Shown: piece after piece, positions 29,640-40,955 of the stretch
Numbering within the stretch: position 1 is the stretch's first letter
How the letters are laid out: each line of letters opens with the position of its first letter
Assembly: GCA_963815455.1 (NCBI GenBank)
Contig: CAWFGO010000002.1
Span: 64,001 to 128,000 of the forward strand
DNA: 64,000 nucleotides
Direction of reading: 5' to 3'
Source of the DNA: an uncultured Verrucomicrobiae bacterium
Lineage (GTDB): Bacteria; Verrucomicrobiota; Verrucomicrobiia; Chthoniobacterales; UBA10450
Notes under the pieces: model-generated
Seen by the model: the letters and a program-made list of their open reading frames with translations, nothing else
Database searches by the model: none
Told to the model about the DNA's origin: nothing
Made by a program: the position numbers and the translations under genes

Positions 29640-30560
29640 TTACCGAATCCGTGTGCTGCTGGTGGGTTCTTCCTTGCCCCGGGTCACCAGGCGCCACACG
29701 ACCGCGCCGATAATCAAGACGGCAAACGCGATCAGGAGGTAGATCAGGAAGTGGCTCTCCGCCGGCGGCGGCGCAGGGGTGGGTGGCGGCGCGTTTTTCG
29801 CCGCCAGCCTCGAGCGATAGTATTGCAGCCGCTGGATGGTTTCATAATCGTCCGGCTTGATCTTTAAGGCCGCCTCAGAATCAGCGATGGCCTTCTCATA
29901 TTGCTCCATCAAACTATAAGTGTAACCGCGCTTGGCGAAGGTATCCCCGTCATTGGGATTTTTCTCCAGGATAAATGTGTAATCGGCAATGGCGGCATCG
30001 AAATTTTTCAGGCCGCGATAGGCGAACGCTCGCCGGTCGTAATTCTGCATGTCGTTCGGATCCTTCGCGATCGCCGTGGTGAAGTCCGCGGCCGCCTTGT
30101 CCCATTGGGTCAGCCCGATCTCGGCGAACCCGCGGTATTTATAGGCCAGGGCATCATCGGGCTTTAGCTCGATGGCCTTGTTGAAATCCGGCAGGGCGAG
30201 GTCGTACATCCGTTGCATCGCCTGGGTGTTGCCGCGTTCGCGATAGGCAATCTCGTCCTTCGGAGCCAGTTCGATCGCTTTCGAGAAATCGGCCACCGCT
30301 TCAGCGAGCCGGCCGCTTGCCCGATAAGCCGTAGCCCGGTTGGTGTAACCAAGTGGGTCCTGCCCATTGGCTTGGATGTATTTGGTGAATTCGGCAATGG
30401 CCGCGTCGTATTGTTTCTCCCGCGCAAGCTCGATTCCGCGCTCGATATGCCCTCCTCCGCCACCACCGCTCCTCTTTCTGGCGAGCCCCGTCTCGACGAG
30501 CCCAAACAAAATGAGTGACACTGCCGCCAACGTGACTGTCTGCTTGTTCAAGATATTCAT
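29640..30560 (-). CDS. Secreted TPR protein with C-terminal membrane anchor
   Basis: Signal peptide, repeated A..DF.KAIEL.P TPR units, C-terminal transmembrane helix. Confidence 0.88.
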   Translation of the reverse strand: MNILNKQTVTLAAVSLILFGLVETGLARKRSGGGGGGHIERGIELAREKQYDAAIAEFTKYIQANGQDPLGYTNRATAYRASGRLAEAVADFSKAIELAPKDEIAYRERGNTQAMQRMYDLALPDFNKAIELKPDDALAYKYRGFAEIGLTQWDKAAADFTTAIAKDPNDMQNYDRRAFAYRGLKNFDAAIADYTFILEKNPNDGDTFAKRGYTYSLMEQYEKAIADSEAALKIKPDDYETIQRLQYYRSRLAAKNAPPPTPAPPPAESHFLIYLLIAFAVLIIGAVVWRLVTRGKEEPTSSTRIR

Positions 30561-30636
30561 TTCTCCTCCGAGATTACTTTTTGCGCGATTAATCGTCTGT
30601 AGGCGAGCAAATTAAACAGCCAAAGTCACCACAAAT

Positions 30637-31639
30637 ATGCAACAGCCGCATCACCCGCCGAGAATTGTCGATCTTCCGCCCGGGCGGAACCTCTCCAAAG
30701 GCTACGCCGCGGTATTCGCCACGGTGGTCATCTGGTCGATGCCGTCGCTCTTCATGTTCTACCTCAATCGCTATTACGATCCCTGGGCTCAAAATTTCTA
30801 TCGTTATTCCGTCGCTTGCATCGCCATTCTGCCTTTGATGCTCTATCGCATTTATCGCGGCGGACCGCGGATCGACAGGCGCGCCATCGGCCTTTGCCTC
30901 ATTCCTTGTCTCCCCAATGTCGTTCATCAAGTCACCCAGGTAATGGCGCTCTTCTACATGGGCCCCGGCGTGTATGCGATTTTCGCCCGCTCATCAGTGA
31001 TCTTCACCGCCCTGCTCGTGCTCGCATTTTTTCCGGAGGAACGTCACGTGATTCGGCAATGGCAATTTCAAGCCGGCACAATTCTCGGATTGATCGGGGC
31101 GTTCGGCGTGATTTGGTTCCAAGCCGGCGCGCTCACCACGGCGAGTCCGTCCCCTGGCGGACACGACCGGCATATCGCGCTGCCGGGATTGTTCATCGCT
31201 TTCACAGCGACATTCTGCTGGGCGCTATACGGGGTCCTGGTCAAACGCCCGTCGGCCCAGCTCGGGTTCCATTCGCAGTTTCGGCTTGATCAGCTTTATC
31301 ACTTCGGCGCTGCTTTTGCCGCTCACCGCGATCTTTGGCCGGATCAACACCCCATTGCATGCCGGCGGCCATGTGAATTTGATTCTGATCATCTCGGCCG
31401 TGACCTGCATCACTCTCGCCCATGTTCTCTATTACGTGGCCATCCAGCAGATCGGTGTCGCGCTCGCCCAGACCCTTCAACTTCTTTGCCCGGCCGGCGC
31501 CATGGCCCTCTCGTTTTGGATCTTCGGCGAGCACCTTACTCAAGCACAGCTGTGGAGCGCTGCCATCCTCCTCCTCGGCGCATTCCTCGCCATGCGCACG
31601 AAACCGATCTCAACAACCGAAACGGCCGAGAATATTTGA
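30637..31639 (+). CDS. DMT/EamA family transporter; frameshift near 31267
   Basis: Multiple hydrophobic helices; second half in ORF 31286-31639 (LYYVAIQQIG, IFGEHLT). Confidence 0.8.
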
Positions 31640-31640
31640 G

Positions 31641-31703
31641 GTAGGGACGCACCTCCGGGGCGTCCGTCGAATTTCTCGGCGCGCTCGGAGAGCGCTCCCT
31701 ACC
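31641..31703. repeat. GTAG-family REP doublet between convergent genes
   Basis: gtagggacgcacctccggggcgtccg...cggcgcgctcggagagcgctccctac. Confidence 0.75.
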
Positions 31704-33950
31704 CTTTCTTTAACGCCATCACCTTGCGAACGAGTTCGATAAATCCGGCACGATATCCATTCGCGTCGCTGCCTTTTCCTTCCTGGGCCCATTCCAGGAC
31801 CGCGCCGAGTGTTCCGTTTCCCTTGTATTCGGAGTCGCGAAGGATCATTCCGAATTCGGCGACCGCGCCCGCGAATTTCAAGTCTTGCGGCGCGCGCGAG
31901 AAATCGGTCCCGCTATCTACCAGCGCGTGCTCTATCAGCTCGCTCTTGTCACCATCCGGCTTTTTGAAACGCAGCTTCACTGTGAGCATTTCGGCTGTAG
32001 CCGCTTCGCTATGCGAAGCGTTCTTGCTCGTTGCAGGCGATTGATACTTGAGCGGTTCCACCGGCGGGACGCTCTCCGCCGAATCTGTCGCTGCGCCGGC
32101 TGGAACAACCTCATACAAAGCCGTCACCGTATGCCCGGCGCCAATCTCGCCAGCATCGACCTTGTCGTTATTGAAATCCTCTTTGCGCAACATCCGTTTC
32201 TCGTATCCGATCAGCCGATACGACGCCACCCGAGCAGGATTGAACTCGACCTGAATCTTCACGTCCTTCGCGATCGTCACCAGCGTCCCATTCATTTGCT
32301 GAACGAGAACCTTGCGCGCTTCATCGAGCGAATCGAGATAAGCATGATTCCCGTTCCCTTTGTCGGCCAGCTTTTGCATGGTCGAATCCTTCAAGTTGTC
32401 AGTGCCAACGCCGACCACGCTTAAGAACACGCCGCTCTTCGCCTTCTCCTCGATCAAGCGGATTAGATCGCCCTGGCTTGTCACCCCGATGTTGAAATCG
32501 CCGTCCGTCGCCAGGATCACCCGATTCACACCGCCCTTGATGAAATTGTCGGTCGCGATCCTGTAGGCCAGCTCGATTCCCTCCGCACCATTGGTCGATC
32601 CGCCGGCCTGCAAATTTTCCAGTGCGTCGAGAATCTTCTCCTTGTGATCGCCGCTAGTGGACGGCAGCACCAGACCGGAACTACCGGCGTAAACCACAAT
32701 CGCCACTCGATCGTTCTCAGTTAGCTTATCGACGAGCAATCGCATCGCCTGTTTCACTAGCGGCAACCGCTCCGGTTCGTCCATCGAGCCCGAGACATCG
32801 AGCAGGAAAACAAGATTGCTCGCGCCGCGCTTATCAATCGCAATCTCACGGCCTTTTAGTCCGATGCGCACGAGCCGGTGCGATGTTTCCCACGGACAAC
32901 CGGTAACATCGACATGCACAGCGAACGGCTTTTCATCGGTCGGCTGCGCATAATCGTAAGTGAAATAGTTGATCATCTCCTCCACCCGCACCGCGTCCTT
33001 CGGCGGCAGCGATCCTTCATTGATGAATCGCCGCACGTTCGAATACGAAGCGGTGTCCACATCGATCGAGAACGTTGAAAGCGGATTCGCCTTCGAGTCG
33101 AGAAATGGATTCTCCTCGGATGTGATCGTAGGTCGCGGTGTTGAAGTCACTGAAGGTTCGCGAATTCAGCGGCCATAATCCGTAAGCGACGGTTCCGCCG
33201 CAGCGTACGATTGCACCAAACCAGCTGCCACTCGGGCTAGCTTGGCTGGACGTTTGGCTACTGCTCTATTGCGCGAAACAATCGGTGCCCGATTCTCCCG
33301 TTTCGAAAACACGGCGATATCGGTTTTGTCTTCGCCCGCGCCCGCCGTGCGCGCCCCCGGCAACGTGTTGCCGTACGATTCGGGCGTGATTGAAGGCACC
33401 TCCGACCTTCTATAGGCTTCGAAAGCGCAAGTTCCTCGCTAAATTCTGGCTGTTCCGCGGGCGCTGAATCTTGCCGCTTGTAGCTTCGCTTTGCTCTAGC
33501 TCGCCCTGAATCTCGCCGAGGGAAGACGCCGCGCCAACCGCAGAGGGGTTCCCGCAAACTCCGGACTTCCTTCCGTTTCTATCTCTGCAAATTTGTTTCC
33601 CTCACGCGGCGCAACAGCCAGCGGATTAACGCGCCAATTGTAGGAACCAATCGCCAGTGCTCCGATCACCGCGAGAAGAGCCAGAACGGCCGCAATCGCC
33701 AAAGGGCGCCCTTTTGACCAAACCCAGGGATCATCGCGAATATCGATCAAGTTCGCGGCGGGTGGCCTTTCATCGTTCAACTGGGCAGCGAACTCGTTTC
33801 GGGCGTCCGTGCCAAGCCTCTCGTTTCATTCACAGCACGCTGCGCTTCGGGCGAATCGGCGACCGCTCTTGCGACTGCCGATCTTTCCGGCTCGTCTAAT
33901 TCGTCTAGCGCGAACGCAGTCAATTTAGGATCATCGAGGTTCATTTTCAT
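31699..33950 (-). CDS. YfbK-like vWA-domain protein with anti-sigma-like N-terminus; several frameshifts in 33150-33850
   Basis: STFSIDVDTASY, LLDVSGSM (MIDAS), LATDGDFN, YRLIGYEKR; N-terminus MNLDDPKLTAFALDEL overlaps the sigma stop. Confidence 0.85.
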
Positions 33951-34498
33951 CAGGTGGTTCTGGGTTCAAATGGCAAAAAATCCTTGGAAGCTTCCGCATA
34001 ACGCAGTCGCAACGTTTTCAGCCCGGTGTGAATCAGAACACCGACGTTGTTGGCGTTTGTTTTCGTGATCTCGGCGATTTGGTGATAACTGAGATCGTTT
34101 TGAAATTTGAGTTGAATCACTTCCTGCTGCCGCGGCGGCAACGTCGCCACGATGCGTAATAGGAATCCGGCCGCTTCCTTTTGCTCAAGTTGTTCGAACG
34201 GCATTGCCTGGTCGCTCGCACGCGATTCGATTACTTCCTCGTCGAGAAAGATCATCCGTTTTTCTTTTCGACACACGTTGAGCGCGCCATTGCGGCAAAC
34301 TGTGAAGAGCCACGTCACCGGCTCGCCTTCATGGGCAACACCGTTCCGCTGAAATTTCATGAATGTCTCCTGGACCACATCCCTCGCCCTTTCCCTGTCC
34401 CCCGTGATCCGCGTCGCGAATTGCAGCAGCGGAATCTCAAATCGCCGTATCAGCGTTTCGATCCGCTCCGATTCCGCGTTCGCGTCAGAGTCCGGCAT
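33950..34498 (-). CDS. ECF sigma factor
   Basis: ARDVVQETF, WLFTVCRN, LPPRQQEVIQLKF, LSYHQIAEI. Confidence 0.92.
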   Translation of the reverse strand: MPDSDANAESERIETLIRRFEIPLLQFATRITGDRERARDVVQETFMKFQRNGVAHEGEPVTWLFTVCRNGALNVCRKEKRMIFLDEEVIESRASDQAMPFEQLEQKEAAGFLLRIVATLPPRQQEVIQLKFQNDLSYHQIAEITKTNANNVGVLIHTGLKTLRLRYAEASKDFLPFEPRTT

Positions 34499-34575
34499 AT
34501 GTTCAGGAAGTTTAACGCGCGAGCTGGCAAAAAATTAGGAAATTCTTGTCGTTGTAGGCCAACAAGCGCCAACAT

Positions 34576-35199
34576 CTAATACGATGCGCCGCTAAGTGTA
34601 TAAGTGATCGGAACTTGGACCCTTGTAACCGTCCCAGGCCGGAATCGCCATCTTCGAAAGGCGCTCACGGCCGAATTATCCAGAACCGCGCTTCCGGTGG
34701 ATTGCACGATTCGAGCGTCGGTCACATTACCGCTCGATGAGTCGATCGTTAGGATAACCACGCCTGACCCAGTGGCGCGCTGCCGCCGCGCTTCATACGG
34801 ATAACTTGGACGTGGCGCATAGATCGCCAGCACTTTCACTGAGCCGAGGCTCGGACCAGAGACTCCCGGTGCCGACGCTGATTTTACAATGAGAGGCATT
34901 GGTTTCCGTTTTTTCGCGCTAACCGGCGCCGGAGAAGAACTCTCTTCCGGAAATGCTTCGTCTTGTTTGACGAACTCGGAAGGCTCCGGTGGTATTGGTT
35001 CGTCGGGCTGGATTGGCGATTGCTCCGGCGGCGGATCAATCGCTACAACTACGCCGGGGTCGGTTGTCGGCGGAAACGATGGAGCCTCGGGCGCATTCCG
35101 GGCCAGAGAGATTGCGGCAAAATGAAGCGCGATCGCGCAAACAAATGCGACCCAGATCCGCCAACGCTTAGTCCGCGAGTAAAGCAAAGCTGATGTCAT
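34576..35199 (-). CDS. TonB family energy transducer
   Basis: N-terminal transmembrane helix with His, Pro-rich linker, PSYPYEARR...STGSAVLDNSAVSAFRRWRFRP. Confidence 0.88.
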   Translation of the reverse strand: MTSALLYSRTKRWRIWVAFVCAIALHFAAISLARNAPEAPSFPPTTDPGVVVAIDPPPEQSPIQPDEPIPPEPSEFVKQDEAFPEESSSPAPVSAKKRKPMPLIVKSASAPGVSGPSLGSVKVLAIYAPRPSYPYEARRQRATGSGVVILTIDSSSGNVTDARIVQSTGSAVLDNSAVSAFRRWRFRPGTVTRVQVPITYTLSGASY

Positions 35200-35295
35200 G
35201 ATCAAATCCTCCTGATGAGACGAACACCGCAGCCGGAGAAAACTTAGGAAAAATAATGCGACGCTCGGAGAGTGCCGCTACAATCGCCGGATCGG

Positions 35296-36186
35296 ATGAA
35301 CCTGAAGACGTATCTCAAATCGCGCCAAAAGCAGATCGACCGCGCGTTGGATCAATATCTGCCCAACGAGAGCACCAGGCCGGCGACGATTCATAGGGCG
35401 ATGCGCTATAGCCTGTTTGCTGGGGGAAAACGGCTTCGGCCAATTTTGTGTCTGGCGGCAGCCGAGGCTTGCGGCGGGAGGATCGACAAGGCGCTCCCGC
35501 TCGCTTGCGCAATCGAGTGCATTCATACCTATTCGCTGGTTCACGACGATCTCCCCAGCATGGATAACGACGATTTCCGGCGTGGCCGCCCGACTTGTCA
35601 TAAGGTTTTCGGCGAAGGCATGGGGGTGCTGACGGGGGATGCCTTGTTGACAATCGCCTTTGAAATCTTGTCCCGGACAAAGCCAACCCGTCGCTACGAC
35701 ATGTCGATGTTGCTGCGCGAGGTCGCGGTCGCCGCGGGCAGCGAAAAACTGATCGCCGGACAGGTGGCCGATCTGGAAGCCGAAGGCAAGAATGCGGATC
35801 GGGGCCAGTTACGTTACATCCACGAAAATAAGACCGCGGCGATTCTGGCCACTTCGGTGCGGCTCGGGGCAATGAGCGCCAACGCGAACTCGAAACAGCT
35901 TGGCGCCATCACAAAATTCGGACGCGCGCTTGGGCTCGCTTTTCAAGTGATTGACGACATTCTCGACGTGACGCAAACCTCCGAAAAACTCGGCAAGAGC
36001 GCGGGCAAAGATATCGCCGCGCGGAAAGCGACTTACCCCGCCGTCATTGGGCTGCAAGAATCGCGCGCCGAAGCGAAACGGTTAACGCGTCGCGCGCACG
36101 AAGCCTTGTCGATTTTCGGCTCAAAGGGAGAAGCCTTGCACGCGCTCGCGAATTACTTGCTCGAACGCGAGTACCTAAAGATGTAG
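35296..36186 (+). CDS. ispA: Polyprenyl (farnesyl/geranylgeranyl) diphosphate synthase
   Basis: GGKRLRP, HDDLPSMDNDDFRRG, FQVIDDILD, GKSAGKD. Confidence 0.92.
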   Translation: MNLKTYLKSRQKQIDRALDQYLPNESTRPATIHRAMRYSLFAGGKRLRPILCLAAAEACGGRIDKALPLACAIECIHTYSLVHDDLPSMDNDDFRRGRPTCHKVFGEGMGVLTGDALLTIAFEILSRTKPTRRYDMSMLLREVAVAAGSEKLIAGQVADLEAEGKNADRGQLRYIHENKTAAILATSVRLGAMSANANSKQLGAITKFGRALGLAFQVIDDILDVTQTSEKLGKSAGKDIAARKATYPAVIGLQESRAEAKRLTRRAHEALSIFGSKGEALHALANYLLEREYLKM

Positions 36187-36207
36187 AGGTCCGTTCGTCC
36201 GCGACGA

Positions 36208-36495
36208 TCAATCTCTTGGGGGCTGGGGATCTCCGGCCGGATCGAGCGGGCGATTAAGCAAAGTCTCCGGGGTCGGACTCGGTGTCAGCGCCGCCTCCGG
36301 AACCTCTTCCACTCGTTCTCTAGCCGTCGGGAGTTTTATCTTGCCACGCTCCACTCGGCCGCTCTCTTCCAGCTTCGCCAGGTTCCTCGCCTTTTCTTCG
36401 GCCTCGGCTTTTCGCTCCTGGCGATAGCTGGCGCAAGCGCTCAAGAAAATGAACCCTGCCAAAATTCCCCCAAAAATTGCCAATCTCACAACCAT
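36208..36495 (-). CDS. Small putative lipoprotein
   Basis: Hydrophobic N-terminus with LSAC lipobox; follows tsaD. Confidence 0.55.
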   Translation of the reverse strand: MVVRLAIFGGILAGFIFLSACASYRQERKAEAEEKARNLAKLEESGRVERGKIKLPTARERVEEVPEAALTPSPTPETLLNRPLDPAGDPQPPRD

Positions 36496-36517
36496 AGAAT
36501 AAAGCGAGAATGATCAA

Positions 36518-37645
36518 CTAAACGAGCGCAAGATTTGGGTCTATCTCTTCACTGACCTTCGATTCGAACCCGCCCATTAATCGCTTCGAGGCCGCAAACG
36601 CGATCATCGCCGCGTTATCGGTGCACAACCATGGCTCCGCGCTCCGGAACTCGAATCCTTCCCGCGCACATGCCTCTCGTAATTGCCGGCGCAATTCTTC
36701 GTTGCAACTCACTCCACCGCTCACCGTCACAAGACTGACATCGTATTTCCGCGCCGCCGCGATCGTCTTGCTCACCAGAACATCGACAATCGCCTGCTGG
36801 AATGAGGCGCAGAGATCATTCATGTCATCCCGAGCGAAGTCGAGGGACCTCGTTGCGCTACCTTCAAGATTTTTCATCGCGATCCCTCGACTACGCTTCG
36901 CTTCGCTCGGGATGACGGCGAGTTTCGGCAACATGTACCGCACAGCCGTTTTCAATCCGCTAAAACTAAAATTTTCGGAATCGAGCATGCTTCGGGGCAG
37001 ATCAAATCGCTTCGGGTCGCCAGTCCGTGCCTGTTTTTCGATTTCCGGGCCGCCGGGATAACCGAGCCCGAGCATCTTGGCGACTTTGTCGAACGCTTCG
37101 CCGGCGGCATCATCGACCGTGCGTCCGACGATTTCGTAATCGCCGACGCCACGCACGAAGATCGACATTGTATGCCCGCCGCTGACGATCAGAGCGATAT
37201 GGCGAGGAATCGTGGCATTGGCATCCTGCCGATGGTTCCTGGGTTTACATCGGCTGGAAGCCGATGCCACAAAAGGCGAAAGCAAATGGCCTTCGAGATG
37301 ATTGATGGCCAGATATGGTTTGCCGAAACCAATCGCGAGCCCCTTAGCAATTGAAGCCCCAATCATGAGCGAACTTGCCAAGCCGGGCCCGCCAGTGGCG
37401 GCGAAAGCATCGATCTGGGACATGTCGATCCTGGCCGCGCGGGTGGCGCGTTCGAGCAGACGCGGCGCGTGCAGCAGATGATTGCGAGACGCGATCTCAG
37501 GCACGACTCCGCCGTAAGCTTCATGCGCGGCGACTTGCGATGCGACTTCGCTGGCGAGCAACTCCGAGCCGGAGTTGCCTTCCGACTTCCGCAGGATCGC
37601 CACCGCAGTTTCGTCACAGGAAGTTTCTAAAGCTAGTACTGTCAT
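36518..37645 (-). CDS. tsaD: tRNA N6-adenosine threonylcarbamoyltransferase with two in-frame REP-derived insertions
   Basis: LETSCDET, GGVVPEIASRNH, NHLEGH, VSGGHT, DDAAGEAFDK, TDNAAMIA. Confidence 0.96.
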   Translation of the reverse strand: MTVLALETSCDETAVAILRKSEGNSGSELLASEVASQVAAHEAYGGVVPEIASRNHLLHAPRLLERATRAARIDMSQIDAFAATGGPGLASSLMIGASIAKGLAIGFGKPYLAINHLEGHLLSPFVASASSRCKPRNHRQDANATIPRHIALIVSGGHTMSIFVRGVGDYEIVGRTVDDAAGEAFDKVAKMLGLGYPGGPEIEKQARTGDPKRFDLPRSMLDSENFSFSGLKTAVRYMLPKLAVIPSEAKRSRGIAMKNLEGSATRSLDFARDDMNDLCASFQQAIVDVLVSKTIAAARKYDVSLVTVSGGVSCNEELRRQLREACAREGFEFRSAEPWLCTDNAAMIAFAASKRLMGGFESKVSEEIDPNLALV

Positions 37646-37794
37646 GTCGAGCAAAGTCGCCTGCCGAGCCGTAGCTTTATGCGAAGGTCTGGAGACATCC
37701 CGTTGCCTAGCCTTAAGGTAATGCAGCGGGGTTCCTCCCTCCTTCGCATAAAGCTACGGCGTGGCAGGCGACTTCGCTCGGAATGCCGGCTGGG

Positions 37795-39093
37795 CTACTT
37801 CTTCACCGGTTCCGTTTTCGATCCGCCCTGTTGCGCGTAAATCATGACGCCTTTGAGCGCGTCGATGGCACGCAGCATTTGCGGATCTCGTGTCTTGACG
37901 AGGATTTTGTCTTCGTCGGCCCTGGCGCCCTCGGTGCTTCGCGCGGTGAAGAGCAGGCGCGATTGTTCCACCGTTAGCGGCACCCGAATATTGGGGGTAA
38001 TGCCATTCCCCTGAATCACCTGCTTGCCCGGTGTATAATATTTCGCGGTGGTAATGCGCAACGCCGATCCGTCCGGCAATTGCAGGACATTCTGAACCGA
38101 GCCTTTCCCAAAAGTCGTTTCGCCTACCAGAATCGCACGGCGCAAATCCTTCAGCGCGCCCGCGACGATTTCGGCGCCGCTGGCGCTCCCTTCATTCACC
38201 AGGACGGCCATTGGAAAATGGGGACGTTCTTTTATTCCTCCCGATGTGGCATAATCGCGTTGCTGGGATGCGACGCGCCCCTGCGTTGAAACCACTTTCG
38301 TGCTCGGCGGTAAAAATTGCGCGCATACGTCGACCGCGCTGTTCAACAGCCCGCCCGGATTATTGCGAAGATCGAGAATGAGCGCCTGCATCCCGCGCTT
38401 CTGCAAGTCGTCGAGCGCTTTCGACAATTCGTCGGCCGTCGGTTCGTTGAACTGGATCAAGCGGACATAACCGATCTTGAACGGCCCGGTCAGCTCCGGA
38501 TCCAACAGCCGCACCGCTTTCACGCTTTGCACTTTTATCTCTACCCGCTCGAGCGTGTATTCCTTGATCTCCTTGGTCGAAGGCCGCAACAATGTGAGTG
38601 TCACCTTTCGTCCGGGCGGTCCGCGCAAAACATTGACCGCGTCTTGCAGTTCCATTCTTTCGGTCGAAGTGCCATTGATCTTCAGAATCTGGTCGCCCGA
38701 GAGAATGCCGGCCTTGGCCGCGGGCGTGTCCTCCATCGCGCTGACAACCGTGGGCACACCGTTTTTTATCGAGACCTCGACGCCGAGTCCGTTGAACCGG
38801 CTCCGGGTATCGTCCTGCATATCGCGAAAATCGTTCGGATCCATGAACTGGCTGTGGGGATCGAGCGATGCCAGCATCCCTTTCATTGCCGCCGTGATCA
38901 GATCGTGGTAGCCCGTCTTGTTCCCATCGACATAATCCTGCCGGATCACTTGAAGCGCCTTTGCGAAAATGGAGATTTGCGAGTAACCGTTGTCGTCTTC
39001 CTCATTCGCTGCGCGGGCGTCATGAAAACGCTCGCCGAGCCAAACGAAGGACAACAGGCAAATCAACCCGCCGAGAATCAGGCTTCGTCTCAT
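37795..39093 (-). CDS. Carboxy-terminal processing protease (S41, CtpA-like)
   Basis: LDPHS, PDZ domain, LDLRNNPGG, SASGAEI, TFGKGSVQ, TTAKYYTP. Confidence 0.93.
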   Translation of the reverse strand: MRRSLILGGLICLLSFVWLGERFHDARAANEEDDNGYSQISIFAKALQVIRQDYVDGNKTGYHDLITAAMKGMLASLDPHSQFMDPNDFRDMQDDTRSRFNGLGVEVSIKNGVPTVVSAMEDTPAAKAGILSGDQILKINGTSTERMELQDAVNVLRGPPGRKVTLTLLRPSTKEIKEYTLERVEIKVQSVKAVRLLDPELTGPFKIGYVRLIQFNEPTADELSKALDDLQKRGMQALILDLRNNPGGLLNSAVDVCAQFLPPSTKVVSTQGRVASQQRDYATSGGIKERPHFPMAVLVNEGSASGAEIVAGALKDLRRAILVGETTFGKGSVQNVLQLPDGSALRITTAKYYTPGKQVIQGNGITPNIRVPLTVEQSRLLFTARSTEGARADEDKILVKTRDPQMLRAIDALKGVMIYAQQGGSKTEPVKK

Positions 39094-39176
39094 TTTATGA
39101 AAAATACCGCCGCACCATCGCTCATGTGGAAATTTTTGGCAATGAGCGCGGTGCGGTTAAACTTGTCGAAGGTGTA

Positions 39177-40955
39177 ATGATCTTTTGCCTGAAAATCGTC
39201 GTTCGCGCCGCTTTCCTGTTCGCGCTCTGTTTGCCCACGGCGAACACATTCGCCGCCCAAACCGCGGATTCGGAATATGAGAAGGTGGCCGAAGAATTCA
39301 TTAAGGGTTACTTCGCCGCTAATCCGGTCGAGGCTACGGCCCTCGGGCTCCACGAATACGACGGCAAGATCACCGATTTCAGCCGCCTCGCTTTGGATGC
39401 CGAGCTGGCCCGGTTGCGCCGGTTCGACGATCGGCTGAACAAATTCGAGCTCGATAAGCTAAGCGCGCGGCAGTCGCTCGACCTCCGCACGCTGAAAGCG
39501 GCCATTCGAAAAGAAATTCTGCGAAGACAGGAAATGGGCATCTACGAGCGCAACCCCATGGTTTATGCGCGCGCCGTCGATCTGGATGTCTATATCAAGC
39601 GCGCATTCGCCCCGCTCGATGACCGCGTTCGCAGCATCATCTCCATCGAATCGCAGGTCCCCAACATCATGATCGCGGCCAAGACCAATCTGGACGACGT
39701 GCTTCCCAAACCCTATGTCGAGCTCGCCATTCAAATCGCCAGAGGCGCCGCGGATTTCTTAAGGACGAATCTGGTGGCATCCATTGCCGAACTGAAAGAC
39801 GATCGGATTCGCGCGGACTTCCAGGAATCCAATCGCAAAGCTGCGGCCGCTCTGGCCGATTATGCGTCGTGGCTGGAACGCGAAAAACTTCCCAAGGCAT
39901 CCTCCGAATTCGCGATCGGCGAGGAAAAATTCAAACGACTATTGGCAGAAACCGAGCTTGTCGATCTTACCCCGCCGAAACTTCTCGAGATCGGCCTGGC
40001 TCAGCTCAACTCCGAACAACGAGCGTTTACCGTGGCGGCTAAAGAAATTGATCCCACCAAGCCTGCCACCGAAGTTTTCAAACAAATTCAGCGCGAGCAT
40101 CCCACTGCGGAAAATCTGCTCTCCAGCATTGGGAACGATCTCGAAGACATCCGGAAATTCGTCATCAGTCACAAGCTCGTCACCATTCCGTCCGATGTCA
40201 GGGCGCGGGTAAAAGACACACCCCAATATCGGCGCGCCACGTCGTTCGCCTCCATGGACACGCCGGGCCCGTTCGAGAAACGAGCGACCGAAGCCTATTA
40301 TTATGTCACGCCGACAGAGAGCGATTGGTCCGATAAACAGAAGGAAGAGTGGTTAACCGCGTTCAATTATTACACGGCAGGCGTTGTTTCCATTCATGAG
40401 GCCTACCCGGGACATTACGTGCAGTTCCTGCGATTGAATGCGTCGCCCGCGACGAAAGTGGAAAAGGTTTTCGGCAGCTACGCTTTCACTGAGGGCTGGG
40501 CGCACTACTGCGAAAAGATGATGATCGACGAGGGTTACGCCGGCGCGTCCGGAGCAACTTCGAGCGAACAGGATGCAAAACGCGCCGCCAAATATCGCAT
40601 GGCCCAGAGCAGCGAGGCCCTGCTGCGCCTCTGCCGCTTATGCGTGTCGATCAAAATGCACACCCAAAAAATGTCGATCGACGAGGCCACGAAGTTTTTT
40701 CAGGACAACTGTTACTACGAAGAAAAACCGGCCCGAGCCGAAGCGATGCGCGGCACGTTTGACCCCGGCTACTTCAATTACACGCTCGGCAAATTGCAAA
40801 TCCTGAAACTGCGCGACGATTACAAAGCGCAGGAGGGAGAAAGTTTCTCGCTCCAAAAATTTCACAACGAAATTCTCAATCACGGAATGCCGCCGATTCG
40901 ACTCCTCCGCGAGATCATGCTCAAGGACAAGGCGAAATGGGACGAAGTGCTTTAA
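39177..40955 (+). CDS. DUF885 family secreted protein
   Basis: HEAYPGHYVQ, EGWAHYCE, YTLGKLQI, FSLQKFHN. Confidence 0.88.
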   Translation: MIFCLKIVVRAAFLFALCLPTANTFAAQTADSEYEKVAEEFIKGYFAANPVEATALGLHEYDGKITDFSRLALDAELARLRRFDDRLNKFELDKLSARQSLDLRTLKAAIRKEILRRQEMGIYERNPMVYARAVDLDVYIKRAFAPLDDRVRSIISIESQVPNIMIAAKTNLDDVLPKPYVELAIQIARGAADFLRTNLVASIAELKDDRIRADFQESNRKAAAALADYASWLEREKLPKASSEFAIGEEKFKRLLAETELVDLTPPKLLEIGLAQLNSEQRAFTVAAKEIDPTKPATEVFKQIQREHPTAENLLSSIGNDLEDIRKFVISHKLVTIPSDVRARVKDTPQYRRATSFASMDTPGPFEKRATEAYYYVTPTESDWSDKQKEEWLTAFNYYTAGVVSIHEAYPGHYVQFLRLNASPATKVEKVFGSYAFTEGWAHYCEKMMIDEGYAGASGATSSEQDAKRAAKYRMAQSSEALLRLCRLCVSIKMHTQKMSIDEATKFFQDNCYYEEKPARAEAMRGTFDPGYFNYTLGKLQILKLRDDYKAQEGESFSLQKFHNEILNHGMPPIRLLREIMLKDKAKWDEVL

